DNA of 64,000 nucleotides from Candidatus Woesearchaeota archaeon (GTDB lineage Archaea > Nanobdellota > Nanobdellia > Woesearchaeales > UBA583). The DNA is taken from positions 544,001 through 608,000 of the forward strand of contig OZ242164.1 in NCBI GenBank assembly GCA_965205335.1, written 5' to 3'. The notes under the pieces are model-generated. The model was not told the origin of the DNA. It did not search any database and saw only the letters and a list, made by a program, of their open reading frames with translations. Position 1 is the stretch's first letter, and each line of letters opens with the position of its first letter. The translations under genes and the position numbers were made by a program. Shown piece by piece: positions 49,973-60,965 of the stretch.

Positions 49973-52147
49973 TTACTGATTTTCGCTTAAACCTTTCCTA
50001 TCTCTTATTTGCTTGATAATATTATCCTGCAATTCTGTTGGCAGTCTCTCAAACTCTTGATATTTCACAAAAAATGAGCCCTTCCCATCTGTTGATGACC
50101 TTAAATCCCCTGTCATACCAAATGTTTCTGCCACCGGAACTTTCGCAATAACTGATAAATTATCCTCATCCATAATCATATCCTGAACCTGTCCACGCCT
50201 ATTATTAATAACTGCTGTTACATTACCCATCATATCCTGAGGACAATCAATCTGTATAGTCTGTATTGGTTCAAACAAAGAAGGACCCGCCCCCAATATC
50301 GCTTGTTTTAACCCATCACGAATTGCTGGGTACACCTGCCCTGGTCCCCTGTGAATTGCATCCTCATGAAGAGTTACATCAGTTAATTTAACCTTAAAAT
50401 TAATACATGTTTCCCTTGCCATAGGACCTGCATTCATAACCTGTACAAACCCCTCAAGCACAAGTTCAATCACTTCATTTAGAGCAACTATACCCCTTGT
50501 CATATCAACAAAAACATTACCTTTATAGATTTGCTTAACTCTCTCAGCCTCATCTTTTGGAAGTCCTTTCTCATGTAACAAATCCCATAACTCTCTGTCC
50601 TTCTTCTTAATCACACCCAGAGGAACTTCCTGATTTGCAAGTGCCTTTGAAAAAGACTCCTCAAGAGGTTCAATTGTCATATAGAACTTATTATGCTTAT
50701 TTGGAGACTTTCCCTCAACCTCAGGAGATAACTTTGTAACTGCTTCCCTATACACAACAATTGGAGGAGAAACTTTAATCTGCATACCTTTCTCATCTCT
50801 AATTCTGTTCGTTACAACCTCAAGATGCAACTCTCCCATTCCTGCAATAAGAAACTCCCCTGTCTCCTCATTAATCTTTACCTTTAACGATGGGTCTTCC
50901 TTACCTACAACCTTAAGAACTTCAAGAAGCTTAGGCAAATCAGCAGGTTTTGTGGGTTCAACTGCAACAGTTACAACAGGTTCAAATATGTGCTGTATGT
51001 CCTCAAACGGTGTAATTCCATTAACTGAAATTGTCTCACCAACATATATATCTCTAATCCCGGTAATTCCTATAATATTTCCAGCTACTGCTTTTTCAAT
51101 CTGAATTCTCGCAGAGCCCTTTGAAATAAATACCTGTTGAACTCTCCCCTTCTGTCCACCAGATGTTACAACCTCTACACCCTTGCTAACCGTCCCCGAA
51201 AACATACGCCCTGTACACACCTCTCCTGCATGTTTATCCTGAGTAATCTTCGTTACAACAAACGCTAACTCTCCATTAGGATTACACTCAGCAAGATCCC
51301 TTCCTTCGTTTGACTCTGCATCTCCAGGCCAAATTAACGGAATTCTGTACTTTTGGGCATCAATCGGATTTGGTAAATGATCAACCACTGAATTTAATAA
51401 AACCTCATGTAACGGGGCTTCCTTTGCTAACTTTTTAATCTCTTCTCCATCATCTTCTTTCTCATAAGCCTCTATTACTTTGCTAAAAGTAACCCCTTTC
51501 CTCTTCATATAAGGAACTGACAGAGCCCAATTTGAATAAGCCGAACCAAAACACACCGAACCATCAGACACATTAACCTGCCACTTGATCTTAAACTCAG
51601 GAGGAGCAATCTTTTTTATCAGAACATTCAATTCATTAATAATCTTAATAAACCTCTCCTGCATCATCTCAGGGGTTAATTTCAACTCCTTAATCAACCT
51701 GTCAGCCTTATTAATAAAAAGAATAGGTTTAACCTTCTCTTTTAGAGACTGCCTTAAAACAGTTTCGGTCTGAGGCATAATCCCCTCAACGGCACATGAC
51801 AAAACCACCGCGCCATCTACTGCTCTCATAGCTCTTGTTACATCCCCTCCAAAATCCACATGCCCAGGGGTATCTATAAGATTAATTAGAAAATCTGTTC
51901 CTTCCACCTCATGAATCATTGAAACATTAGCAGCATCAATAGTAATTCCTCTCTGAGCCTCATCCTCATGAAAGTCCATAAACCTCTGCTTCCCAGCAAG
52001 CTCTTCACTTATCATCCCTGCACCTGACAATAAATTATCAGAAAGAGTTGTTTTTCCGTGATCAATATGAGCAGCAATTGCAATATTTCTAATCAAAGTA
52101 GGTCTTCTCATTGCCTCAACTACTGCCTGTCCTAAATCCTTTGCCAT
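49973..52147 (-). CDS. fusA: archaeal elongation factor 2
   Basis: AHIDHGKTT, DTPGHVDF and diphthamide loop HEDAIHRGPGQ. Confidence 0.97.
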   Translation of the reverse strand: MAKDLGQAVVEAMRRPTLIRNIAIAAHIDHGKTTLSDNLLSGAGMISEELAGKQRFMDFHEDEAQRGITIDAANVSMIHEVEGTDFLINLIDTPGHVDFGGDVTRAMRAVDGAVVLSCAVEGIMPQTETVLRQSLKEKVKPILFINKADRLIKELKLTPEMMQERFIKIINELNVLIKKIAPPEFKIKWQVNVSDGSVCFGSAYSNWALSVPYMKRKGVTFSKVIEAYEKEDDGEEIKKLAKEAPLHEVLLNSVVDHLPNPIDAQKYRIPLIWPGDAESNEGRDLAECNPNGELAFVVTKITQDKHAGEVCTGRMFSGTVSKGVEVVTSGGQKGRVQQVFISKGSARIQIEKAVAGNIIGITGIRDIYVGETISVNGITPFEDIQHIFEPVVTVAVEPTKPADLPKLLEVLKVVGKEDPSLKVKINEETGEFLIAGMGELHLEVVTNRIRDEKGMQIKVSPPIVVYREAVTKLSPEVEGKSPNKHNKFYMTIEPLEESFSKALANQEVPLGVIKKKDRELWDLLHEKGLPKDEAERVKQIYKGNVFVDMTRGIVALNEVIELVLEGFVQVMNAGPMARETCINFKVKLTDVTLHEDAIHRGPGQVYPAIRDGLKQAILGAGPSLFEPIQTIQIDCPQDMMGNVTAVINNRRGQVQDMIMDEDNLSVIAKVPVAETFGMTGDLRSSTDGKGSFFVKYQEFERLPTELQDNIIKQIRDRKGLSENQ

Positions 52148-52272
52148 TTTTTATCTAATATACTCTAAAAGAACTATAATACCTTTATAAAAGTTTTTAG
52201 TATTCAAAAGAGTTAAAACAATTCGCAAACAAAATTAAAACAGAATAAACAAATGAAAATCCTATAAAAATA

Positions 52273-52345
52273 TAGTCCCGCCCAGATTCGAACTGGGGTC
52301 TGCAGATCCAGAGTCCACAATGATAGTCCACTACACTACGGGACT
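52273..52345 (-). tRNA. tRNA-Gln(CTG)
   Basis: AGTCCCG/CGGGACT acceptor stem with archaeal A1-U72 pair; anticodon loop CT-CTG-GA. Confidence 0.93.
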
Positions 52346-52492
52346 GCAACAAATAAATCAAGTCAATTAGGTTTTATAAATTTTATTTCCATCATCCTCT
52401 CAATCATAACCCAGTCAGCACAAAAAAACACTCAAAAACTTAAAAAATCCTACGCCAATAACATATAACACTCAGCAAGAACCAATTAAACC

Positions 52493-54487
52493 CTAAAAAT
52501 AAATTTCCTTCTTCTCTCTCTCTTCTGTAATCCTTTGAATGAACTCCTTTAAAGTTGTAGTAAACTCTTCATTCTTACCATTTTCAAACTTGCGGGTTCT
52601 AACTGAGATTGTTTTATTCTTCTCATCCTTATCTCCAATAATTAAAGTATAATTTGGCTTCTCCTCATCACGAGACATTGCAATCTTTTTGCTAACCCCT
52701 TCATTCTCATACCCGCTTGAAACCCTAAAATCCAACTTCTCAAGTTCCGATTTAATCTTCTCACAATACTTAACATGCCTGTCTGCAACATTTATAATCT
52801 TAATCTGAGTTGGGGACAACCACAAAGGAAACTTGCCTGCAAAATGCTCAATCAGAACTCCAATGCTTCTCTCAAGACTTCCTGCAATTGCCCTGTGTAT
52901 TACAATAGGTCTTTGCTTCTTTGCATCCTCATCAATATAAAACAACTCAAACTTATCAGGAAGATTAAAATCTAATTGAATAGTAGACAACTGATGCTCT
53001 CTCCCGATAGCATCCTTAAACATAAAATCCAATTTAGGCCCATAAAATGCCGCCTCACCTTCAACTTTTTTGTAATCAACTCCAAGTTCCTTTGCAATCT
53101 CTTCTAAAACACTCTCTGCAATATCCCAGACATCATCAGAACCCACATAATCCTTCTTATTTCCTTTATCTCTAACTGACAGACTTACCCAGTAATCCTC
53201 TGCCATCCCCATAACTTCATAGAACTCTTTAATTATTTCAACAATTACCTCAACCTCTTTTTTTATCTGATCTTTTCTGCAAAACAAATGCCCATCATCC
53301 TGCGTAACTGCCCTGACTCTCGTTAAACCGCTAAGAGTCCCGGACAACTCATCCCTGTAAACCGTTGCAGGTTCAAAATACCTAACAGGCATATCCTTAT
53401 ACGAAAAATAATTATCCGCAAAAATCTGCATATGATGAGGACAATTCATGGGCTTTAGCATAAACTCCTCTTTGTCCTTTCCCATTGCCTTAAAATTCTC
53501 TTTATAATGTTCATAATGTCCCGACTGCTTATACAACTCGGACTTTGCAATATGAGGTGTCCACACTCTTGTATACCCTCTCTTTTTATGCAAACTCCAG
53601 AGAAAATCTTCAATCTCCTTTCTTAAAACAGTTCCTTTCGGTCCAAATAACGGCAATCCCGCTCCAACCATTTCCGAAATTGTAAATAACTTCATCCTTG
53701 AGCCTAAAATCCTATGATCTCTCTTCTTAGCTTCCTCTAACATCTCAAAATACTCATCCATTTGAGACTTCTTCCAAAAAGCAGTTCCATACACCCTAAA
53801 CAACTGCTTATTCTTTGAATCCGCTCTCCAGTATGCTCTTGTTATCTTCTCTAACTTAAACGCCTTGACTAATCCAGTTCTTGGAAGATGCGGACCTGTG
53901 CAAATATCTTCAAACTCTCCTTGCTTATAGAACTTAAACTTACCACTTCGAATTGAACCTTCCTTCTTCTCCTCATCACTAAGACTTCCAGAAGCGATAG
54001 AATCAATTATCTCCTGCTTATATTGATTATTATAAAAATGCTTTTTGGCTTCATCAAGAGACTTATAATTTACTGTAATCTCTAAATCTTCATATATTAT
54101 TTTTTGCATTTCCTTCTCTATTGCTTCAAGTTTATCCTCTGTTAAATCATCATAATCAACATCATAATAAAATCCATTATCTATTGACGGTCCTATTGTG
54201 ATTTTTGCTTCTGGGAATAACCTCAAGACTGCTTGAGCAAATACATGAGCAGTCGTATGTCTTAATATCTCAACAGACTCTTCACTTTTTGGAGTAATTA
54301 CTTCAACCTTAGAACCCTTCGTAATTACTTGGGTCAAATCAGAAAGTTCGCCATTTATCTTTATAGCAACAGCACTCTTCAAAAGTCCTTGCGATATGGA
54401 TTTTGCAATCTCCAAGCCATTTGTTTCCTTCTCAAACTCTCTTATGCTCCCATCTGGCAAAGTAATCTCTATCATAGTACTATCCAA
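52493..54487 (-). CDS. thrS: threonine--tRNA ligase (bacterial-type, TGS plus editing domain)
   Basis: ITLPDGS, RHTTAH, CTGPH, KPMNCPHH, AFYGPKLD and IHRAIAGSLER motifs. Confidence 0.95.
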   Translation of the reverse strand: MDSTMIEITLPDGSIREFEKETNGLEIAKSISQGLLKSAVAIKINGELSDLTQVITKGSKVEVITPKSEESVEILRHTTAHVFAQAVLRLFPEAKITIGPSIDNGFYYDVDYDDLTEDKLEAIEKEMQKIIYEDLEITVNYKSLDEAKKHFYNNQYKQEIIDSIASGSLSDEEKKEGSIRSGKFKFYKQGEFEDICTGPHLPRTGLVKAFKLEKITRAYWRADSKNKQLFRVYGTAFWKKSQMDEYFEMLEEAKKRDHRILGSRMKLFTISEMVGAGLPLFGPKGTVLRKEIEDFLWSLHKKRGYTRVWTPHIAKSELYKQSGHYEHYKENFKAMGKDKEEFMLKPMNCPHHMQIFADNYFSYKDMPVRYFEPATVYRDELSGTLSGLTRVRAVTQDDGHLFCRKDQIKKEVEVIVEIIKEFYEVMGMAEDYWVSLSVRDKGNKKDYVGSDDVWDIAESVLEEIAKELGVDYKKVEGEAAFYGPKLDFMFKDAIGREHQLSTIQLDFNLPDKFELFYIDEDAKKQRPIVIHRAIAGSLERSIGVLIEHFAGKFPLWLSPTQIKIINVADRHVKYCEKIKSELEKLDFRVSSGYENEGVSKKIAMSRDEEKPNYTLIIGDKDEKNKTISVRTRKFENGKNEEFTTTLKEFIQRITEEREKKEIYF

Positions 54488-54670
54488 ACCTTATACTTTA
54501 TAAATATTATCTCTTGGATTCTCTTTAAATTAAGTTTTCATGCAAAAATATCTTGCAAAATAATAGAATATCCTGCTTAGTTCAAACTTTAAAAAAGCCA
54601 AAAATTCAAAAATATCCTTACACCTTAATAATACCAAATTTATTTAAAGCATTAAATCAAGTCTTAGATA

Positions 54671-55132
54671 ATGTTTAATAATAAAAAAGGCTCTCTTCCA
54701 GTACTTGAACTTATATTCATACTTCTTCTATCTACAATAATATTAGTTTTATGGGTATTAGTTCTTCTAAATGCCCAGAATTTCTATATCGATGAAAGAA
54801 AAATTCAAACTCAATTAGTAATAAATAATATACTCTCAAATGATTGTTTTGGTAATGGTTACGCGGTATTTAATCTTGATGAATTCACTCAGAATTCTCT
54901 TGATACCTGTTTAAGCGGACTTAATGACTCATCAGCATTAGTTAGAATAAAATTAGAGTCAAAAAGGTTTGTCGCATTCAAAAGAGATAAAGATTTCCAA
55001 GAAAAAGCAGTTTTGTGTACAAGATCCAGTTCTATACTCTGCACTGAAATGAGGTATCCTGTAAGAATACTGTCTCAAAACAACGAAGAAATGGATATAT
55101 TAACTCTTCAAAGTATAGCCACTGTATCATAA
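54671..55132 (+). CDS. pilin-like protein with class III signal peptide
   Basis: NKKG/SLPVLELIF followed by a hydrophobic helix; Cys pairs. Confidence 0.6.
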   Translation: MFNNKKGSLPVLELIFILLLSTIILVLWVLVLLNAQNFYIDERKIQTQLVINNILSNDCFGNGYAVFNLDEFTQNSLDTCLSGLNDSSALVRIKLESKRFVAFKRDKDFQEKAVLCTRSSSILCTEMRYPVRILSQNNEEMDILTLQSIATVS

Positions 55133-55330
55133 TCATTCACATTTATCACTTTTTAATTATAAGACAAAACTTTATAAATATGTAGGTTTCCTCTTTAGTA
55201 TCAATTAAGTAGTTAATTGAAGTCCTTTTAACTGGATACTAAATAGTTTGTATTATTTCACGGTCAAAACTATTGGTAAGTTTTATAAATAAGGGAGTAT
55301 TAATAATACTATTAATAAGTATGATAAAAA

Positions 55331-56128
55331 ATGATTGTTAAGGAAGAATTTCTAAATATGCTAAGGCAGTATTTTAGTCTAAATCTTTATGAAGTTAAGA
55401 TTTGGACTGCCCTTTTATCACGAAAAGTAGCAACTGCTGGCGAACTAAGTGACTTAGCTGTAGTACCTAGATCAAGAACATATGATGTTTTGGAATCTCT
55501 TGAGAAGAAAGGATTTGTAATGGTTAAGTTAGGCAAACCAATTAAATACATTGCCATATCTCCAGCCGATGTTATCGACAGAGTAAAGAAAAGATTTACA
55601 GAAAAGTCTAAAGAGAAATTGGATAAGTTAGAGGCCTTAAGGGATTCTGACGTTTTAAAGGATTTAGAGCAATTACATGAACAAGGAATTCAATTAGTTG
55701 AACCCTCTGATTTAAGTGGTGCTCTAAAAGGAAGATATAACCTATACAATCATTTAGAAGCAATGGTTAAGTCAGCTGAATCTGAAGTAATCATAATGAC
55801 TACTTCAACTGGATTTCTAAGAAAGGTTGAAGCTCTTAGAGGAGTATTTGAAGAATTACAAGACAGAGGAGTTTCCATTAAGATTGCATGCCCTAAAACT
55901 GATAAAACAAAAGATTTAAGCAGTACCCTAAAAGACTTAGCAGAAGTAAGGTTCACAAATGAAATTGAAGCAAGATTCTGCATCATTGATGGAGAAGAAG
56001 TATTATTTATGACACTTCATGACAAAGATATTTACCCAGCATATGACATTGGAGTATGGGTTAACACACCATTTTTCGCCCAGGCTCTTCAGCAATTATT
56101 TGAAATCGCTTGGAAAGAGATGAAATAA
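55331..56128 (+). CDS. TrmB-family transcriptional regulator
   Basis: LNLYEVKIW..VPRSRTYDVLESLEKKGF, GKPIKY, PLD-like C-terminus. Confidence 0.9.
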   Translation: MIVKEEFLNMLRQYFSLNLYEVKIWTALLSRKVATAGELSDLAVVPRSRTYDVLESLEKKGFVMVKLGKPIKYIAISPADVIDRVKKRFTEKSKEKLDKLEALRDSDVLKDLEQLHEQGIQLVEPSDLSGALKGRYNLYNHLEAMVKSAESEVIIMTTSTGFLRKVEALRGVFEELQDRGVSIKIACPKTDKTKDLSSTLKDLAEVRFTNEIEARFCIIDGEEVLFMTLHDKDIYPAYDIGVWVNTPFFAQALQQLFEIAWKEMK

Positions 56129-56278
56129 TTCCTTAATTCTCATATATTATTATACTAAATAAATATTAACTCATTCTAATTAGAACAAAAAACTTCACAC
56201 ATTTCTCACACCAAACAAATCATACAGTAGATTTTATAAATTAATTATAGTTAATTTTAATTATTTCTCATATTTCAA

Positions 56279-56352
56279 GCCGATTTAGCTCAGCTGGTTA
56301 GAGTGCCAGACTCATAATCTGGAGGTCCCGTGTTCAAGTCATGGAATCGGCA
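56279..56352 (+). tRNA. tRNA-Met(CAT), probably elongator
   Basis: GCCGATT/AATCGGC acceptor stem; CCAGA-CT-CAT-AA-TCTGG anticodon arm. Confidence 0.88.
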
Positions 56353-56506
56353 TTTAAGATTTCAGTAATACCATAATTTGAAACCCTAAACCCTCTTTCA
56401 ACAACTCTCTTAATCAAGATATGCATATACGAAAAATCAAACCTACTTAATCTCACTGAAACTTCTAAACACAAAATTTATAATATATCATTAATGCTCC
56501 ATAACT

Positions 56507-56971
56507 ATGGCTGAAAAAATTACAGCAAGATTTGTAATACAAATTGCAGGAAAACCTGTTGAAAATGTATCAAAAGTACTTGAAAAAATTGAAGAGAGTA
56601 TAAAAGAAGATGAAAGATTTAAAGTTCTTGATTCAGAAATAATTGAACCAGAATTAGATAAAGAAACAACAATGTATTCAGGACTAATTGAATTGGGAAT
56701 TAAATTTGAAAATAGTGAAAAACTAATGGAATTCATTGTAGACTACACACCAAATTCAGTTGAAATTGAAGACCCAAGCACTCTTAAATTTGATTCTGTT
56801 TCATTTACCGCAATTCTAAACGATATGAGTTCTCATCTATTAAGAAACAGTATTAATCTCAGACAGGCATTAATTAGAATCCAAATACTTGAAAAAGAAC
56901 TAAGAGAATTACAGGAAAAATCTAAAAAAGAACCAACTTCTAAACCTAAAAATTCCAAAAAGAAAAAATAA
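56507..56971 (+). CDS. conserved archaeal-type hypothetical protein
   Basis: IQIAGKP.E.V...L.EFIVDYTPNSVEI pattern. Confidence 0.65.
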   Translation: MAEKITARFVIQIAGKPVENVSKVLEKIEESIKEDERFKVLDSEIIEPELDKETTMYSGLIELGIKFENSEKLMEFIVDYTPNSVEIEDPSTLKFDSVSFTAILNDMSSHLLRNSINLRQALIRIQILEKELRELQEKSKKEPTSKPKNSKKKK

Positions 56972-57063
56972 GCCTAATGCTTCCTCTATTTATTCAGAAT
57001 TTCACCACTGTTTAAACACAAAAACCTAAGTTTTATAAATACAATATAATTCACTATTATAAT

Positions 57064-57477
57064 ATGCGAGAAATTGCTAAAGCTGACAAGAAATCAAACA
57101 AGTTACTATCACAAATCAGAAAAAACATAACTCATTTGATAGAACTAAACGACTCAAATCACAAAGACGCAAAAAAACTTAAGGAAGTTATAGATGAAAT
57201 TCACTATGGATTAAATAAATATGAATCAACTGAAGAAGACAAAAATAACCAAACCCTGCCAGATGAATCTTTCAAAAAGCACAAAGAAGAAAAAAATTTG
57301 AAGTCAAATATAGACTTAAAAAATCTAATGACACAAAGCAAAACTGAAATGGATAATGTGAGAGAATCCCAAAAAGAAGAACTAAAATATTTAGATGTGC
57401 CAAGCAAAATTGTAGTAAAAAGAATATCAAGAAGAAGATCTTTTTCAGGGTGGCTGTTTAATAATATGGACATATAA
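57064..57477 (+). CDS. hypothetical protein
   Basis: 137-aa ORF with upstream TATA box. Confidence 0.55.
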   Translation: MREIAKADKKSNKLLSQIRKNITHLIELNDSNHKDAKKLKEVIDEIHYGLNKYESTEEDKNNQTLPDESFKKHKEEKNLKSNIDLKNLMTQSKTEMDNVRESQKEELKYLDVPSKIVVKRISRRRSFSGWLFNNMDI

Positions 57478-57482
57478 GAAAA

Positions 57483-57908
57483 ATGATGATAGGTAAACTA
57501 ATAACACTAAACATATTGGGGCTTTTAGCAATGCTAAATACTTTCTATACTTTCTTTAATAATGGAATTCTTCCTTTCTCACTAAGTAACGATTATTTTT
57601 CACATATAGCTCAAGGTGGTTTTTTAATCCTTCTTATATGGCTTTTAATACTAATATCCACTCTAAATTCTGCAGCAAATAGAGCATTACATAAAAAAAA
57701 CATGCTTAGAGTTCCATTAGTATTTTTTGTAGTATTATTACTAATTAGTATCTCCTTAAGAATTAACGAAGCGTTAAACGGAACTTACTGTATACCATGC
57801 TATATCCAGACAGTATTATACTTACTTATTATAATTGTTTTATATCTAATGCTAAAAAACCTGCATATAACTATAGATACATTACTTAGCGAAAAAAAAC
57901 AAGTTTAA
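57483..57908 (+). CDS. hypothetical membrane protein (4 TM, CxxC)
   Basis: Hydrophobic segments and YCIPCY motif. Confidence 0.6.
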   Translation: MMIGKLITLNILGLLAMLNTFYTFFNNGILPFSLSNDYFSHIAQGGFLILLIWLLILISTLNSAANRALHKKNMLRVPLVFFVVLLLISISLRINEALNGTYCIPCYIQTVLYLLIIIVLYLMLKNLHITIDTLLSEKKQV

Positions 57909-57933
57909 TAAGTAAACAGTTTCTTTAAATTTT

Positions 57934-58536
57934 ATGACTAAATCAAGAAAGAATTTCTCATATAAAAAAAACAAGGAAATTTTTTACAAAGATGCAAAAA
58001 ACAAAGATATCAGAGCCCGTTCCTATTTTAAACTGCAACAGATAAACGAAAAATTTAACCTAATAAAAGACAACCAGAACATAATTGACTTGGGAGCATC
58101 CCCTGGAGGCTGGCTTCAATATATTGATGAGAATATAAAAAAAGGAAATATAATTGGAATTGATATCTTGGAAATAAGAAATACTCACAAATTTAGCAAT
58201 AATATCTCTATAATAGAAGATGACTTTAATAACATTGAAAATTACAACCTAGGCAAATTTGATTTGATTCTATCAGATATGGCTCCTGAATTTAGCGGAG
58301 ATTCAAAAGCCGATAGGGGAAGAACCCATAAACTTAATATTTCAGTTATTGAATTTTGTAAAAAGCATCTAAAAAAAGGTGGAAACTGTATATTCAAATC
58401 CTTTGAAGGAGAAGACTTACAATATGTAACAAACACTGCAAGAAACCTATTTCAAGAAATCAAACATTTCAAACCAAAATCTTCTATGAAAAAAAGTTCT
58501 GAGGTGTTCATAATCTGTCTAAACAAAAAATTATGA
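57934..58536 (+). CDS. rlmE: 23S rRNA 2'-O-methyltransferase RlmE/FtsJ
   Basis: RARSYFKL, DLGASPGGW, SDMAP and KPKSS..SSE motifs. Confidence 0.92.
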   Translation: MTKSRKNFSYKKNKEIFYKDAKNKDIRARSYFKLQQINEKFNLIKDNQNIIDLGASPGGWLQYIDENIKKGNIIGIDILEIRNTHKFSNNISIIEDDFNNIENYNLGKFDLILSDMAPEFSGDSKADRGRTHKLNISVIEFCKKHLKKGGNCIFKSFEGEDLQYVTNTARNLFQEIKHFKPKSSMKKSSEVFIICLNKKL

Positions 58537-58584
58537 TTAATTAGATAATCTGTTATTCAATTAATATCTAAAACTCAATATCTA

Positions 58585-59558
58585 TTATGGAGTACATATA
58601 CTAAAAGTCGGTTGGTTGGTAGAGTTCCATGCACTAGCTCCTCTACTAAAATTACCACAATCTATTACTCTATTTGTATTCCATAAACTTATATCTCCAT
58701 TAAATGAAGTTGCACCATCAAACATACTTCCCATATCTGTAGTACCTGTCAAATTCAATACATCGGTAGCAGACACATCTAAATTAGAACACCCTTGAAA
58801 ATAACCTCTATAACCGCCAAGTCTTAATGAACCCCAATTCTTAATATCAATGATTTTATTCTTATCTCCCGAATCACTGAATCTAAAACCTATTATATCC
58901 CCTTTAATTCTTATTTTATATTCTCCCTCATGCGGATATGAATGCATTACTTCTGACTGATTCCATTGAGTGATTCTATAATGAGTTCCATCCCCCCCAA
59001 AAAACCGTAAAATCATATCTTCCTGAAGGAGATAAAGGTAATTTAATTGAATGACGATTTGAACTTCCCAAACTTGTTTCATTTGTTCTCCAGACTGAAA
59101 CAAACGAACCCTTAAAATCCCTAATAGGTCCTTAAAGAAATTCCCTCAAATCTATTCTTGTGCGGCTTTGAAAAATTAATCTCTACATCTCCATTTGCAC
59201 GCTCTGAAAAATTTATTCTGACATTTTCAGGGATATTATAATGATAAACATCTGCTCTATCTCTGGCATAATGAAAATATTCAAACGAAAGAGAACTTCC
59301 ATTAATACTTAAATTAAAACTCTCAGTATGTGAAGACGGAATGACAATCTGTCTTGAATATCCCTCATCAACCTCTTGGAGAATCTCAAACTCAATAAAA
59401 ATTCTCTCTGCAAAATCATCACTAATCTTTCTGGCTTCATTATCTTTTAAATCAATAACAATCCTCCCAGAAATTGCAATTATAGTAGTTACAATGATAA
59501 TAACGAAAACAAAAATAGAAAGAAATTCAAATGCTATCTGAGTTTTCCTATTTCCCAT
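58585..59558 (-). pseudogene. pilin-like N-terminus fused to a BspA/DUF285 domain, split by two +1 frameshifts
   Basis: ORF 59121-59558 has a class III signal (RKTQ/IAFEF); bridging frame GPIRDFKGSFVSVWRTN...LPLSPSGRYDFTVFWG joins it to ORF 58585-59103 (GDG...MFDGATSFNGDISLWN). Confidence 0.7.
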
Positions 59559-59700
59559 AACAAAAAACCAAATCTATAATTTATAAATTTGTTTATTCTC
59601 TAAATAAAATAAATTAATAACAAAAACTTGAATTTGCTTTATTAATCAAACAATCCATTTAATTAAAGTCATTTTATAAAGTATTAACTTAAAATATTAT

Positions 59701-60693
59701 TTAATAATTAAATTCCTTTCTAAATATTCTAATAAGAGTTGTAAACAAAGAAATAATCAAAGGTCCAATTAGAATACCAATAAATCCAAAAAAACTAAGC
59801 CCCATAAAAACCCCTAAAAACGTTTCAAGAGGGTGAATATTTGCAAATTTATTTACAAGTTTTGGACGAATGAAATTATCAACCTGAGACACAACAAGAA
59901 CTCCCCATACAAGAACAAAAATTCCTTGCCATATCTGTCCGCTAATTAAAAGAAAAATTCCAGCTGGAAGCCAGATCAAAAACGCTCCTACAACAGGAAT
60001 AATAGATAAAATAGTCATGATAATTCCCCAGAAGAAAAAACCTGAAATCCCCACAATAATAAACGAAAACATTCCAAGAGCACCTTGAATAATTGCAGTT
60101 AAAACCTGCCCAATCAATACTGCCTTTATTACTCGTGAACTATTACTTAACAATTCCTTTGTATTATTCTTAGAAAAAGTGGAAATACGGTAACATTCAT
60201 TAATAAAAAAATCCTTTGAAACAAGCAGATAAAATAGAATAAAAAATACTATGAAAATTTCAAGCAGGAAATTAGATGTATATGAAAAAAAAGATGGTAG
60301 ACTTTCTTTAGCTGTGCTTTGAATCCATTCCTGCCCCCTCGCCATTAATTCAAAGAAATTAATTTCAACTCCAATTTTATTTGCAAAAAAATACTCAATT
60401 CTCTCAACCTTTTCTTCATCAATCTCAAAGTTGTCAATCTGTTCAAATAACACCGCCGCAACAGTACTAATAGGTATAATTATAATCAAGAAAAGCCCAA
60501 CCAAAACAATTGATGCCGCTGTAACATCACTCCTAAATTTGCTCCTAATCCACTTATACGAAGGATACAAAAGAGGAGCAATAACAATCGCACTTAAAAT
60601 TGGAGTAATAAATCTCCCAAGCATATAAAGAATTGCAATCCCTAAAACAATTATTACAAAAAATGAAACATACTTCCTTACAAGTTTTTCCAT
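59701..60693 (-). CDS. AI-2E family transporter
   Basis: IQGALG, IPVVG, DNFIRP, HPL and GILIGP motifs. Confidence 0.9.
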   Translation of the reverse strand: MEKLVRKYVSFFVIIVLGIAILYMLGRFITPILSAIVIAPLLYPSYKWIRSKFRSDVTAASIVLVGLFLIIIIPISTVAAVLFEQIDNFEIDEEKVERIEYFFANKIGVEINFFELMARGQEWIQSTAKESLPSFFSYTSNFLLEIFIVFFILFYLLVSKDFFINECYRISTFSKNNTKELLSNSSRVIKAVLIGQVLTAIIQGALGMFSFIIVGISGFFFWGIIMTILSIIPVVGAFLIWLPAGIFLLISGQIWQGIFVLVWGVLVVSQVDNFIRPKLVNKFANIHPLETFLGVFMGLSFFGFIGILIGPLIISLFTTLIRIFRKEFNY

Positions 60694-60794
60694 ACGAAAA
60701 GATATTTTTATTAATTTATAAACTCTCCTATATCCGAACTAAGAATATAATATTGGGGCTTTACTTTCTAACCTCACACATAAATTCTATTAGT

Positions 60795-60922
60795 GGCTCT
60801 GTCCGAAAATTCAAGAGAACTTAAAATATTGTATTAATAAAACAATTTTTGACAAATAATTTTTTTCTTTGATTGAAGATAGTTAGCATAGATTTTGGAA
60901 AAAACAATTTTCGGACAGAGCC
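60795..60922. mobile_element. MITE family A copy 3 (128 bp), 8-bp TSD
   Basis: TIR GGCTCTGTCCGAAAAT/ATTTTCGGACAGAGCC; CTATTAGT on both sides. Confidence 0.9.
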
Positions 60923-60965
60923 CTATTAGTAAAAGTTTTATAAATAAGAACTTTTTAAATGTACT

